A DNA stretch of 64,000 bases from IMG/VR virus record IMGVR_UViG_3300030109_006161, positions 32,001 through 96,000 of that record. One strand, written 5' to 3'. The notes under the pieces are model-generated. The model was given only the letters and a program-made list of their open reading frames with translations, had not been told where the DNA came from and made no database searches. The stretch is from a virus. Shown piece after piece: positions 10,966 through 21,150 of the stretch (position 1 is the stretch's first letter; every line of letters begins with the position of its first letter). The translations under genes and the position numbers were made by a program.

Positions 10966-12161
10966 GAGATAACTTCTAAGTTTGGAAAATATCTAATAAA
11001 CTTTAGAGATGTGCCACTTATTTCATTTGCACGGGCGCTGATCTCCTTGAAGAAATTCCATGCCAAAGGAACGACTACTAGTTTATCCTTATCCTCAGCA
11101 CTTAAAGATTGAGGGTCTTTTATCTCTATATTTCTTCCCGGTGTCAAAAGGTTCCACTTCAACTTATTATCATCTACAATATAATCTAGATCTATCTTGG
11201 CAAAGTTCAAGAAAGTATTTCCCTTTGCAGCAGCACCATATCCCACCACTTTGTAACCATCAGCTTTATATTCTTCAACAGCTTTTCGGAAATCTTCAAC
11301 AACTTTATTACAATTATTTGCGTATTGCTTATAAGTTTCTATACTGTACAGACCTCTTTTGTTTTCGTCTTCAATTTGCTTTTCAGCTAAGGACTGGTTT
11401 CTGTCACCAAGCCTCAGTACAAAGACATAACTTCCCCCATGAACATCTGTTTTCCTAACATCAACCAAAGAAAACCCATTTATATTAGCACATATTTTCA
11501 TAGATAAAGAACTAAAAAATGAAAGGTGCTCGTGATAAATGGTATCAAATTGATTATCAAGTATCATATCGGCTTGAGAAGTTTGGATTATAACATGTCC
11601 TTCATCTTCTAAGCTAACAGAACAAGCTTGAAGGAATTCATGCACGTCGTCAACATGGGCGAAGACATTTTGCGCTGTTATAAGATTAAACTTTGTCTGG
11701 AATGATAGGGCAACCTCGGGATTCCAATATTTACACAATACATTATGGTTATCTTTACTAAGTGGGTATAAATTTTCTGCTGGATCAACGCCAAAAGTTT
11801 CCCACCCTTGTTCCTTGAATTTATCTAATTGAGTGCCATCATTACAAGCAACATCTAAAACCTTACCCTTTATCTTAGTATATTCTTCGCACAAACCTAC
11901 AAAATCAGAAAAATATTGATGTAGAGTCTTACTTGTACCGCTGACATAGAGATAATCCCTAAACATCAAGTCTGGATTTACTACGACGCTTAGTTGTGTG
12001 TGGAAACAATCATTACAGGTGCAAATTTTCAAAGGATAAGATGCTTGATCCTCTCCTTTGTGGTAACTATTAGCTAGAGGTTGTTTATTTAGATCTAAAA
12101 CCTCAGTTAGATTTTCTGATTTACAAACTCTACAATTATTTATTTCTGTATATTCTAGCAT
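10962..12161 (-). CDS. NDP-hexose C-methyltransferase (zinc-binding)
   Basis: CRVC...CNDC, DVACNDG, NVFAH, FDTIYHEH, HGGS, GYGAAAKG, LAWNF. Confidence 0.9.
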   Translation of the reverse strand: MLEYTEINNCRVCKSENLTEVLDLNKQPLANSYHKGEDQASYPLKICTCNDCFHTQLSVVVNPDLMFRDYLYVSGTSKTLHQYFSDFVGLCEEYTKIKGKVLDVACNDGTQLDKFKEQGWETFGVDPAENLYPLSKDNHNVLCKYWNPEVALSFQTKFNLITAQNVFAHVDDVHEFLQACSVSLEDEGHVIIQTSQADMILDNQFDTIYHEHLSFFSSLSMKICANINGFSLVDVRKTDVHGGSYVFVLRLGDRNQSLAEKQIEDENKRGLYSIETYKQYANNCNKVVEDFRKAVEEYKADGYKVVGYGAAAKGNTFLNFAKIDLDYIVDDNKLKWNLLTPGRNIEIKDPQSLSAEDKDKLVVVPLAWNFFKEISARANEISGTSLKFIRYFPNLEVIS

Positions 12162-13083
12162 CTGATCTGTTCCCCATATTCATGGAATTATAATTATCTA
12201 CCAGTGATTTAGTAATACTCTCCACTGTTTCTTCAAATTCAAAATCAAACTCTTTTTCAAATTTTTCGGGGTTTATCAAAAAATCATACGCTTTGGCTTG
12301 AAGTTTAACGTTTGTTATAATTTCTGGTGGTTTGTCGGATATAACCAATTCAGCACCTGTTACTTTAGCTACCCCAGATGCAATGTCTTTGGCATTTGAA
12401 TTAAAAGAAGCCAGGTTATACATGCCCTTGTTGGACTCATTACCTTTCTCTATAATTGCTTTAACCGCTCGGCATAAATCATAAATACCAAGTATTGGTC
12501 GATTGACTTCTGGGTTGAAACAAAATATCTTCTTATTCTCTATTGCATTATAAGTCATAGCATTAATCATGATATCGTTTCTCAAGTTTGGAGAATATCC
12601 GTTAACAGTTCCAAACCTAAGACCAAAATAAGTCTTACTTGATAATTCTGCATATGAGTCTATTTCATGCTTAGATAAATCATAGAAGTTGTTTGGTTTA
12701 AACTTTGAATAAGATTCATCTACCACCCTGGCACCAGTGTCGCCATAAACAGATGAACTACTTGCATATATAAATAATTGTTCATCATCGATTTTACCTA
12801 GTAGTTCAGCAAAATTTACTACATTATTTCTTAGTGTTGACATCATATTATTTTCGCACATCTTTACACTAGAGTGCCCTGCTAAAAGAATAACAACACT
12901 TTTATCAATCAAGTCTCCATCATTTATGGAATTCATATCCTTGTTTAGGTTATCAGGATTACAAAAGTTACCAAACCATTCAGTGTCAATAGTTGACACA
13001 TCGTATTCTTCCTTAAGGTGATTATACAAACGAGTACCAATGTACCCACAACCGCCAATTATTAGAACCTTCTTTTTTACCAT
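12136..13083 (-). CDS. NAD-dependent epimerase/dehydratase
   Basis: GGCGYIG, ASSSSVYG, YDLSK, LRFGTVNG. Confidence 0.88.
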   Translation of the reverse strand: MVKKKVLIIGGCGYIGTRLYNHLKEEYDVSTIDTEWFGNFCNPDNLNKDMNSINDGDLIDKSVVILLAGHSSVKMCENNMMSTLRNNVVNFAELLGKIDDEQLFIYASSSSVYGDTGARVVDESYSKFKPNNFYDLSKHEIDSYAELSSKTYFGLRFGTVNGYSPNLRNDIMINAMTYNAIENKKIFCFNPEVNRPILGIYDLCRAVKAIIEKGNESNKGMYNLASFNSNAKDIASGVAKVTGAELVISDKPPEIITNVKLQAKAYDFLINPEKFEKEFDFEFEETVESITKSLVDNYNSMNMGNRSDARIYRNK

Positions 13084-13385
13084 ATCTTGTGACGACCTCT
13101 TAGTATTTCATAAAACATGATCCAATCACATGCCTTAGCTTTTAGTGTGGTCCACCCGTAGTCCTTTTTACCTTCCCATGCTAGGGGTTTATTTTTTTCA
13201 AAAACACCATGAGCGACCCAAGCAAAAGGATAAACAACCAAAGGAATGAGTGGGAACAAAAACCAGTACCAATTATACACTACTGTAAAAGTAAATGCAA
13301 TTGTAAACAACTGACCTAGGAAATGTAATAGTTTACACTTTGGGTGCTGATGTAATGTTAAATAAAATTCGTAGTATTCTTTCAT
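13077..13385 (-). CDS. DUF962/Mpo1-like membrane protein
   Basis: YLTLHQHP...LHFLG, FAWVAH..FEKNKP. Confidence 0.8.
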   Translation of the reverse strand: MKEYYEFYLTLHQHPKCKLLHFLGQLFTIAFTFTVVYNWYWFLFPLIPLVVYPFAWVAHGVFEKNKPLAWEGKKDYGWTTLKAKACDWIMFYEILRGRHKIW

Positions 13386-13401
13386 GTGTTATTTCCTTAG
13401 A

Positions 13402-14331
13402 TTAGTTTTGATATTTATTATCTATCTTAACTAATGGGAAAACTTTCAAAAGCTCATCAATACCATTCTCAACTGTAATAGTAGTTTCAAATCCTAACGA
13501 ATTAATCTTATCATAAGAAACAACATAGTTCCTTTTATCAACATCGCCATCGAAATCAGCATAATGTACATAACACTCTGTTTTAGACTGAATTAGATCG
13601 CAAACGTCTCTCTTGGAATAATTCATGGAATTTGACCCGACGTTATAAACTTCACCACTCATCCTATCAGAATTATTTACAGCGAACTCAAACACTCTTG
13701 CAATATCTCTAACATGTATAAAAGTTCTCATAAAATGAGATTCATAAATAACTATGTATTTTTGAGTGTGTGCCAAATAAGATAAATCATTTACAAGCAA
13801 ATCTAATCGTAATCTTGGACTTACACCAAAGGCTGTGGCAAAACGAAAGGCGCTACTGTTTTCATATTTCATCACCTCTTGTTCGCCAAGAGTTTTACTT
13901 ATACCATAAATACTCAGGGGATTCAGTGGTGTTTCTTCAGTACACACGTCTTCAACTGCGCCATAGTTTGAACCTGTAGAACCATAGACTAAAAACTGCT
14001 TGCCATCCAGACAGGAAATAACATTTTTAGTACCCTGGTGATTTACTGCGTGGGCTAATTCCTCATCTCTGCGACAGGCAGCATAGCCTACAATAGCTGC
14101 AAGGTGTATAACAATATCCTGTCCTTCTGTTGCTTTTTTTAGCTCGTCAACATCAAGTATATCACCCTTGATGAATCTAAAGTTGGGTTCACCAAAATTG
14201 TGAATAAGCCCACTACCATCAACAGTCAAGTTATCATACACTGTAACTTGATGACCGTTTTTCAATAACAAAGGAACTAATGTTGTACCGATATAGCCAG
14301 CACCACCAGTCACAAGTATCTTTTTACTCAT
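13402..14331 (-). CDS. NAD-dependent epimerase/dehydratase
   Basis: TGGAGYIG, HLAAIVG, YGISK, RFATAFGVSPRLRLDL. Confidence 0.9.
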   Translation of the reverse strand: MSKKILVTGGAGYIGTTLVPLLLKNGHQVTVYDNLTVDGSGLIHNFGEPNFRFIKGDILDVDELKKATEGQDIVIHLAAIVGYAACRRDEELAHAVNHQGTKNVISCLDGKQFLVYGSTGSNYGAVEDVCTEETPLNPLSIYGISKTLGEQEVMKYENSSAFRFATAFGVSPRLRLDLLVNDLSYLAHTQKYIVIYESHFMRTFIHVRDIARVFEFAVNNSDRMSGEVYNVGSNSMNYSKRDVCDLIQSKTECYVHYADFDGDVDKRNYVVSYDKINSLGFETTITVENGIDELLKVFPLVKIDNKYQN

Positions 14332-14379
14332 TTTTTTCTCCATATCAAATATAAATTATAATTTTTGTTTCGTAAAGAT

Positions 14380-15297
14380 CTAAAGATTTTCTTTATAAAA
14401 GTCAACCGTGTTCCTGATACCTTCTTTATGGTCGTAAAAAGAAAAGTCAGGAAACTTTTCCCGGAACAACTCTGTCGATAGAATTTTTACGGGATCGCCA
14501 TCTGGATACTGAGTATCAAATACTAATTCTCCTTCAAAACCACAAGCCTCTTGAATAAGCAGTGCCGATTCCTTAATTGAGTATCCCTTAGCTTGACCTA
14601 CGTTAACAGGGTATTCAAGATGATCTATATCCATAGCTCGAATTAACACCTCTACAAAATCATCAACGTAAGCCCATTCTCTAACAGGATTACCAGTTCC
14701 CCAAACAACAAACTCTCTATCTCCAGCTTGTTGTGCTTTTAGCATTCTTATAACCATGCCATTCAAGGCATGAGTCTTAGTTGGATCAAGGGAATCCCCA
14801 GGTCCGTATGTGTTAGGTAATAGCAAATTTACAGTTTTTACCCCATATTGATTGTAATAACATTGGGATAGGTAATAAATTGCTCTTTTAGAGTTACCAA
14901 AAGAAAAAACCGAATCGTGAACTCCTCCATCGAGCCAGTTTTCTTCTAATTGAATTGAACTATCTCCAGGGTACGAGCAGTTAGAAAACGGTTGAATTAT
15001 TTTTATCTTAGGGTTATAATCTAGCACTGCCCTGTAGACATTCAAGTTCATCTGAAGGTTATCACCATATACGTCAGCAGCATATTTTCTAACATACATC
15101 ATACTACCGCCATGTGATGCAAGGTTATAAATCAGGTCAGGGTTTTCTTTTTCCAGAAAATTTCTAAATGATTGATAATCTAAAAGATCAAGTCCTAGAG
15201 TCTTGGAAGTCCTAGAGACAGTGTGTCCTTCTTTCACAAGGCGTTCATAAACCTTTTCACCAATAAAACCAGTACCACCAAGCACTAAAATTTTCAT
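14380..15297 (-). CDS. Second GDP-L-fucose synthase-like epimerase/reductase
   Basis: GGTGFIG, PNTYGPGD, WGTGNPVREW; FGNSK in place of YxxxK; CAGGAG SD. Confidence 0.8.
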   Translation of the reverse strand: MKILVLGGTGFIGEKVYERLVKEGHTVSRTSKTLGLDLLDYQSFRNFLEKENPDLIYNLASHGGSMMYVRKYAADVYGDNLQMNLNVYRAVLDYNPKIKIIQPFSNCSYPGDSSIQLEENWLDGGVHDSVFSFGNSKRAIYYLSQCYYNQYGVKTVNLLLPNTYGPGDSLDPTKTHALNGMVIRMLKAQQAGDREFVVWGTGNPVREWAYVDDFVEVLIRAMDIDHLEYPVNVGQAKGYSIKESALLIQEACGFEGELVFDTQYPDGDPVKILSTELFREKFPDFSFYDHKEGIRNTVDFYKENL

Positions 15298-15298
15298 T

Positions 15299-15982
15299 CT
15301 ATTCTCCTGAGTATCTAAAAGTATAGCCATGGATTTTTATCCTAGGTCCGTAGCCATTATAATAAGTTGATTTTATAATTTTGTTTAGGTCTTCCTTGGA
15401 AATGTTAATATCAATATTTTCTAGTTTGTCGATATCTCTTATTCGACCTGTTTTCTTACCCCACTCATCCGTATTTAGAGAAGATATCCTAGATAGTTCG
15501 TCAGGACCCTGCACTGATAGTATATGTATTATATTAGCAAAAGAATCAAATTGACATCTATGAACCTTATCTAGTAAACTCCCTACGTCATCTTCATCTT
15601 CTATAATTACTTTGTAAACATTTATTATAACTCCATTGTCAACATTCTTATTCATATAATGAACTGTTACCCCAGTTTCAGCATCTTCATTATATAAAGC
15701 CCAATTTATACCACCAGACCCTGGGTATCTAGGGTGTGATGGGTGAAAGTTTATAGCTGCGATACTAGCCTTATTTAAGAACTGTTCTGGTAAAATACAA
15801 TAAGACTTATAATGAAATATATAATCTCCATTCCACTCTTGGATTTCTTTTGGTATTTTACTACCTCTTTTTTTAGATGCTTTCCAGAAGGTTGTTTCAA
15901 AACCTTTTGACACAAGAAGATCTACAGCGTTGTTACTATATCGACAATCCTCAAAACCTATAAAGAGTGCTTTATTACTCAT
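15299..15982 (-). CDS. Formyltransferase (likely sugar N-formyltransferase)
   Basis: INFHPS.PRYPG, NWAL, GVTVHYM...VDNG. Confidence 0.85.
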   Translation of the reverse strand: MSNKALFIGFEDCRYSNNAVDLLVSKGFETTFWKASKKRGSKIPKEIQEWNGDYIFHYKSYCILPEQFLNKASIAAINFHPSHPRYPGSGGINWALYNEDAETGVTVHYMNKNVDNGVIINVYKVIIEDEDDVGSLLDKVHRCQFDSFANIIHILSVQGPDELSRISSLNTDEWGKKTGRIRDIDKLENIDINISKEDLNKIIKSTYYNGYGPRIKIHGYTFRYSGE

Positions 15983-16568
15983 TCTTAAACACATCCATTT
16001 GAGATAGATCAGGCCAGTCAGTGTAAACCCACTGTTTTGGTTTAGTGACTATTGCGTCAGGAAGCTTCTTAAGTCCAAGCTCTGCCGTTTCTGGTGTCAT
16101 ATAATAATGATAACCTATGGACTTAATATTCTGTACTGACCAGGAAAGATCTGGACTTCTTCCGTCATAAGACATTCTTTTCAAGGTGTCATACTCTTCC
16201 TTGTTGTCAAATAAAATAACCCCACCCCTACCGAGGCTTAAATGTTTTCTAAATTGAAAACTGATACACATGTATGTCCCTGGGATATAGCTATTTTCTT
16301 TCCAGTGAACGGCGGCGTCAATAATGTTTTCTGTTAGATAATAATAATCTTTCCACTTTTCATCGGTCCATTCTAGTTTTATGTTTAGTTTATCAGCCAA
16401 CATAGGCACAGACAAATAAGTGTGTCTTGGCACCTTTATTTTATTTGTACCCTTCATGCGTAAACAAAGTTCTAAACCATGAGTACAACAATCTACTGCC
16501 ACTGCATATGGCGCTCCAAAAAACTTTGCTATTTCATTTTCAAAATCTGTTATGGATTGGAACGACAT
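15975..16568 (-). CDS. Compact DegT/DnrJ-family PLP aminotransferase
   Basis: AVAVDCCTHGL, DAA, SFQFRKHL..GRGG, GYHYYM; only 197 aa. Confidence 0.8.
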   Translation of the reverse strand: MSFQSITDFENEIAKFFGAPYAVAVDCCTHGLELCLRMKGTNKIKVPRHTYLSVPMLADKLNIKLEWTDEKWKDYYYLTENIIDAAVHWKENSYIPGTYMCISFQFRKHLSLGRGGVILFDNKEEYDTLKRMSYDGRSPDLSWSVQNIKSIGYHYYMTPETAELGLKKLPDAIVTKPKQWVYTDWPDLSQMDVFKNE

Positions 16569-17539
16569 TTGATTTCCCTCGCTTTGTTTAGAATATTATC
16601 AGCCATATGTTTCCAAGTATAATTTTGGGAGACTAAGTTATAAGCGTTATTTATAATTCTACTTCTTTCACTATCATTCGAAAGATAAAAATCTAGTTTT
16701 TCTTCGAAGTTGCTAAGATCATTTTCAAATGTAACACATGTTTCACCGTCTATGAAGAAGTCGCCATACTGTTCTGGCATATTATTACACAATATCAAAG
16801 TTTTTGAAAGTGCTGCCTCAAAATACCTAGGACCTATATCTAATAGCGGACCAGTTGTTGAAAGCCATATTTTGCACTCATTTATTTTCGTTGCATAATC
16901 CTCAAGTGTATTGATACGATATTCTAAAGTGTTGCTAGAATTCCAGAAAACATTATATTTTTCGTTATTATTGATAATGTTACCAACTCTTTCTCGGAGG
17001 TTGGAAGTTGGTCCTTCAATTTTATTACTACCATCAGCCTCAATACCATGAAGGGCACCTGAAAAACCTATATCATAGATCTTCTCAACTTCACGAGGAT
17101 GGAACAATTTTGGTGTGGCTGTAAAAAACGATCTCTGAGATGGTACGCCAGCTATTTCTCCATATCTTTTATAGTTATGCTCTTGTGATTCTAATAAAAG
17201 ATCTACATTGTTTATTTTACAAAAGTTTAGTTTTTCTTCTAATAAATTCTGGGGTTTGTGGATCAAACAAAAAACAGGGATGTCAGTTTCTGCTAATCCT
17301 TCAATTTTTCCAAATGCCGCTGATACAGGGATAGCAAAATAACCAAGACCAAATACGATTAAATCAATAGGAGCGTCGCCTGCTATATTAAGAAGATCAT
17401 CTATATGTTTAGGTATGCCCTGTACTAACCAGATATTCACATTTTCATTTGTTGCAAGTTCTCGGAGAAGGTCTCCATAATATTGATACATATAATCATC
17501 AGATACTTTATTCTCGGCGTCAACATATATTATATTCAC
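16550..17539 (-). CDS. Glycosyltransferase (GT-B, CgeB-like C-terminus)
   Basis: YDIGFSG, RYFEA, R.RIINNAY...YTW. Confidence 0.8.
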   Translation of the reverse strand: MNIIYVDAENKVSDDYMYQYYGDLLRELATNENVNIWLVQGIPKHIDDLLNIAGDAPIDLIVFGLGYFAIPVSAAFGKIEGLAETDIPVFCLIHKPQNLLEEKLNFCKINNVDLLLESQEHNYKRYGEIAGVPSQRSFFTATPKLFHPREVEKIYDIGFSGALHGIEADGSNKIEGPTSNLRERVGNIINNNEKYNVFWNSSNTLEYRINTLEDYATKINECKIWLSTTGPLLDIGPRYFEAALSKTLILCNNMPEQYGDFFIDGETCVTFENDLSNFEEKLDFYLSNDSERSRIINNAYNLVSQNYTWKHMADNILNKAREIKCRSNP

Positions 17540-18444
17540 TTAGAGTTATCCTTTACTCCTGGAGCGTAGTCACACAAATGACGTAGAGCGCCTTGACTGT
17601 GATATCCTTCGTCTACAGTTTTTAGATCATGTATGTTGTCCCCATGGTGTATGAGGTAAAACAAACTGTTTACGTCATTATCTCCCCATCTATACTTGTA
17701 AATGCCACCATATTGATTCACAGCGTTGATCCACTGTTTCCATTCAGGCGTTTCAAACATAGAAATCTTAACAACATATGAATCGGCACAAGGATAGAAA
17801 TGAAAGTTTTTATCAGCCTCTGGATCTGATAATAAATTTTTCATAAACTCGGATTTTGGTTCGACATTATAATGCTTCAAATAGCCTTTTACAAACTTCC
17901 AAAGATTGATTCTGGTATCAAAGTTTCCCTGGTGAGGTATTTTCTTTGTTTGATCATATACCTTCAGAGCACCCATCGGTTCGGACTGATTCTTCATAAC
18001 TTCGAATGGATCGTAAGTCATCGGCTTAACAAACATAGACTCATCGTCAACACTCATTGTATAATCATATTTTTCAAATTCAGTATTAGGATAACCATAA
18101 TAATTTGACATAAAGTGACACATGTGTAGATATCCCTTACGAGATATTGGAAATTGTGTCCTTACATACCAAACATCCTGTCGATTATAAAACAACTGAT
18201 CTTCTGGGATGTGTGCTGGTGTTTCGTATGGAATAGATACAAAATTAACATTTTGTGGTGTCTCATTAGCAATCATCTGCCTGAATTCTTCTGAATCATA
18301 GATGTCATCAAAATAGAATACATAGACTGGGTAGTCATGCTTAATATTGTAGTTTTCCCACAAAGCTTTAAGGCTCTGTTGAATACAGGCTTTTCTAGAA
18401 GAAATGTATGTTATACAAGCTTTTAGTTTATTATCATTTTCCAT
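17536..18444 (-). CDS. Glycosyltransferase family 15 (KRE2/KTR alpha-1,2-mannosyltransferase-like)
   Basis: GYLHMCHF, KYDY..SVDDES, YDPF, GGIYKYRWGD match the conserved Kre2/Mnt1 motifs. Confidence 0.78.
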   Translation of the reverse strand: MENDNKLKACITYISSRKACIQQSLKALWENYNIKHDYPVYVFYFDDIYDSEEFRQMIANETPQNVNFVSIPYETPAHIPEDQLFYNRQDVWYVRTQFPISRKGYLHMCHFMSNYYGYPNTEFEKYDYTMSVDDESMFVKPMTYDPFEVMKNQSEPMGALKVYDQTKKIPHQGNFDTRINLWKFVKGYLKHYNVEPKSEFMKNLLSDPEADKNFHFYPCADSYVVKISMFETPEWKQWINAVNQYGGIYKYRWGDNDVNSLFYLIHHGDNIHDLKTVDEGYHSQGALRHLCDYAPGVKDNSK

Positions 18445-19447
18445 ATCTAACTCCTGCGCTTTTATATATATCTGTTATCAAGTCCAACGAATCAAAAGAG
18501 ATAGAGACATCAAAATCATCAAGCTTGGCGTATAACTCTGGGTGGTTCGGACACGAGCCTTTGTACTTACCATAAGAATTTGATTCTTTCGCCTCTTTCA
18601 ATTGTAATATTATTTTTTCGTATTGCTTTTTTAGGTCTTTATGTTCTTTTAGGAAGTGTACTTTGGTTATTTTATCTAAAGCCTTGCCGCCGAGTTCTAT
18701 GAAGCCATACTCTGTCATAATTGCCATAGAACATTCTATGTTTTTTGGCTCGCAGGCTATGGTAATCTCAACTGTTCCGCCAAAATCTCCAAAGTTCATC
18801 AAAGAATAGACAGTATCTTCTATGGTGGTTGTCTTATGCTTTGTGTTATACAAAGAAGATGAGTCAACTTGAGGCTTTCCAAAAAGATAACATAAGATGT
18901 CTAGGTAATGTATGCCACACTCGTGAAGAGTTCCGCCTCCAAGAAGAGGATTGCCACGCCAGTCGTCAAAATATTCCTGAGGTCTTTGCCATCGCTGAAT
19001 CAGGCTGACTCCTCTAATCTTACCCAACAGACCTGAATCTATCATTTGCTTAACGGCAGAGACGACTGGATTTAATCTTACTTGCAGAACTGAATATGCC
19101 CTCTGGTTATTATCTTTTGCTATCTTCTCTATTCTTCTGGCTAGTTCTGAACTGATACACACGGGTTTTTCTATCAACACGTCGCATTTGTTTTCCAAAC
19201 AGTATTTTGCTTGGTGGAAATGTAGTGAATTTGGAGTAGCAATAACCACAAAATTTATATCTTCATTATCAACCATATCTTTGAAGTCTGTGTACGTGGC
19301 TACATCGTACTTCGATGATAGTTTATTGAGTAAACTTTCATCGATATCACAAAGTGCTTTAAGTTCAAAGTCTTTATTCTTTTCAATCGATTCTAGATGG
19401 CGGACTAATATCTTACCACAGCCGATTATTCCTACTGTATACTTCAT
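18434..19447 (-). CDS. Gfo/Idh/MocA oxidoreductase (WbpB/WlbA-like sugar 3-dehydrogenase)
   Basis: GIIGCG, ATPNSLH, IEKP, WQRPQEYF..WRG, GIHYLD. Confidence 0.87.
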   Translation of the reverse strand: MKYTVGIIGCGKILVRHLESIEKNKDFELKALCDIDESLLNKLSSKYDVATYTDFKDMVDNEDINFVVIATPNSLHFHQAKYCLENKCDVLIEKPVCISSELARRIEKIAKDNNQRAYSVLQVRLNPVVSAVKQMIDSGLLGKIRGVSLIQRWQRPQEYFDDWRGNPLLGGGTLHECGIHYLDILCYLFGKPQVDSSSLYNTKHKTTTIEDTVYSLMNFGDFGGTVEITIACEPKNIECSMAIMTEYGFIELGGKALDKITKVHFLKEHKDLKKQYEKIILQLKEAKESNSYGKYKGSCPNHPELYAKLDDFDVSISFDSLDLITDIYKSAGVRYGK

Positions 19448-19452
19448 ATTTT

Positions 19453-20262
19453 CTACTTATAGTTTCCATCACGAATTTTTTTAGCCACGCTTTCTGCAAT
19501 GGGACAATCTCCTGTTATCCCCTTCCTTTTGTATACAGGCTGATTATAAACAACTTCTGGATAGTGTCCTGTTGACGGTCCTCTTAATCCCAATTCAGCA
19601 CGAACTCCTGTCATGTGAATCTTCATTTGCTCTAGTGCCATTAAGCATAGTGGCTCAGCAAGACGGAAATTAAAACCAACATACTCATGGTTGTATTTTC
19701 CAACTTGACCTTGGTCGCATATTGATCGTATTTTTCTTGCATCCAACTTAGAGTTTTTAGGAATGCAGATCATACCGCCTTCAAATGTTGATATATTTTT
19801 TGTCTTGTAAAAAGAGAAAGTACCAACATCAGAAATCATACCAGCATTTCTATTTTTGGAATCAACAGCACCGAAAGACTGTGCTGTATCTTCAATAACA
19901 ACTAGGTTATGTTTTTCTGCTATTTCCATAATTGCATCCATTTCACATACTCTTCCATACAGATGAACTGGTATAATAGCTTTGGTATTAGGAGTTATGG
20001 CAGCTTCAATTTTTTCTGGGTCGATTAAGAGTGTCTTTGGATCTATGTCAACAAATACTGGTTTTGCTCCGGCAATAACTATAGCATTAGATGTTGCTAT
20101 AAAAGTAAGAGGCGTAGTGATTACTTCATCTGTAGGTTCAAAATCCATAGACCACAAAGGGGCAATCAAAGCAGAAGTGCCGTTGTTTACTGCAATACAG
20201 TCCTCAAGATTATATGTATCTTTTACATATTCTTCGAAAATATTTCTAACAATTGCTGGCAT
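19453..20262 (-). CDS. DegT/DnrJ-family aminotransferase (WbpE-like, short)
   Basis: NNGTSAL, PVHLYG, EDTAQ, SFYKTKN...EGG, GFNFRL. Confidence 0.9.
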   Translation of the reverse strand: MPAIVRNIFEEYVKDTYNLEDCIAVNNGTSALIAPLWSMDFEPTDEVITTPLTFIATSNAIVIAGAKPVFVDIDPKTLLIDPEKIEAAITPNTKAIIPVHLYGRVCEMDAIMEIAEKHNLVVIEDTAQSFGAVDSKNRNAGMISDVGTFSFYKTKNISTFEGGMICIPKNSKLDARKIRSICDQGQVGKYNHEYVGFNFRLAEPLCLMALEQMKIHMTGVRAELGLRGPSTGHYPEVVYNQPVYKRKGITGDCPIAESVAKKIRDGNYK

Positions 20263-21148
20263 AGACTTTCTCCATGAAAGAATCATACAAAGCTGCTGTA
20301 TCTTTTATATTATAACTGTAATCGGAATAATTTTTAACTTTATTAGAAAAATCCAAAATAGGTGGATTATACAGTTCGACAGGACTATAATCCCAATCGT
20401 TCTCTTTTATAACAATAGCATCGCTACCTGCTATTTCTTTTGTACCTCCAGCACTGGAACAAATGATCTGACATCCTGATGCCAAGGCATCAACTACCAC
20501 ATTAGGACAATGATCTAACCAAGCGAGATGAATGAAGTACTTTGAGGCTTTATAAAGGGAATACAATTGTACTTGAGTTAAGTTTCCGAAGTAAGTTATT
20601 TGAGGATGTTTTACTTTTTCTTCTGGTGGCACAGAACCTGCAACTATTAATAGATCATTATCACCACAATGTTCTAAGAAGTATCTAATGTTTTCGTTCA
20701 ATCTTTTATGAGGTCTCCAAGAGGAAGCGCAGCACCAAATATTATCGTACTTGTTATTGTTCATCTCTTCTGTTTTCACAATTGTTTGTAAATCAGCACC
20801 GTTGTGAATGACTGTAGAGCAAGGATGTTCTCCAAAATATTTCTTTATAAGTGTTTCACAGAAACTTGACTGGTAAATTACACCCTCACACATCTGATAT
20901 GTTCTCAAAATATTCTTGTTGAGTAAGTTGTAATCTTGTGCTGTATTAAAGTAAATGCCATCCAACCTTAGAACTTGAGGGATATTCAATTTTTGACGAG
21001 GTGATTCAATAAAGCATAGAGACATATCAGCCTCGGCTATTGTTGTAAATTCGTGACCCATTTCTACTAACTTTGGTCCAAGTTTGTTTGCAAAAGAGTT
21101 TGGACCGCTCGTACTATTGAGATTTACGTTTTCTAGATGTAACTTCAT
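20246..21148 (-). CDS. Glycosyltransferase family 4
   Basis: VIHNG, HKR, DHCPNVVVDALASG, GGTKE. Confidence 0.85.
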   Translation of the reverse strand: MKLHLENVNLNSTSGPNSFANKLGPKLVEMGHEFTTIAEADMSLCFIESPRQKLNIPQVLRLDGIYFNTAQDYNLLNKNILRTYQMCEGVIYQSSFCETLIKKYFGEHPCSTVIHNGADLQTIVKTEEMNNNKYDNIWCCASSWRPHKRLNENIRYFLEHCGDNDLLIVAGSVPPEEKVKHPQITYFGNLTQVQLYSLYKASKYFIHLAWLDHCPNVVVDALASGCQIICSSAGGTKEIAGSDAIVIKENDWDYSPVELYNPPILDFSNKVKNYSDYSYNIKDTAALYDSFMEKVYASNC

Positions 21149-21150
21149 TT

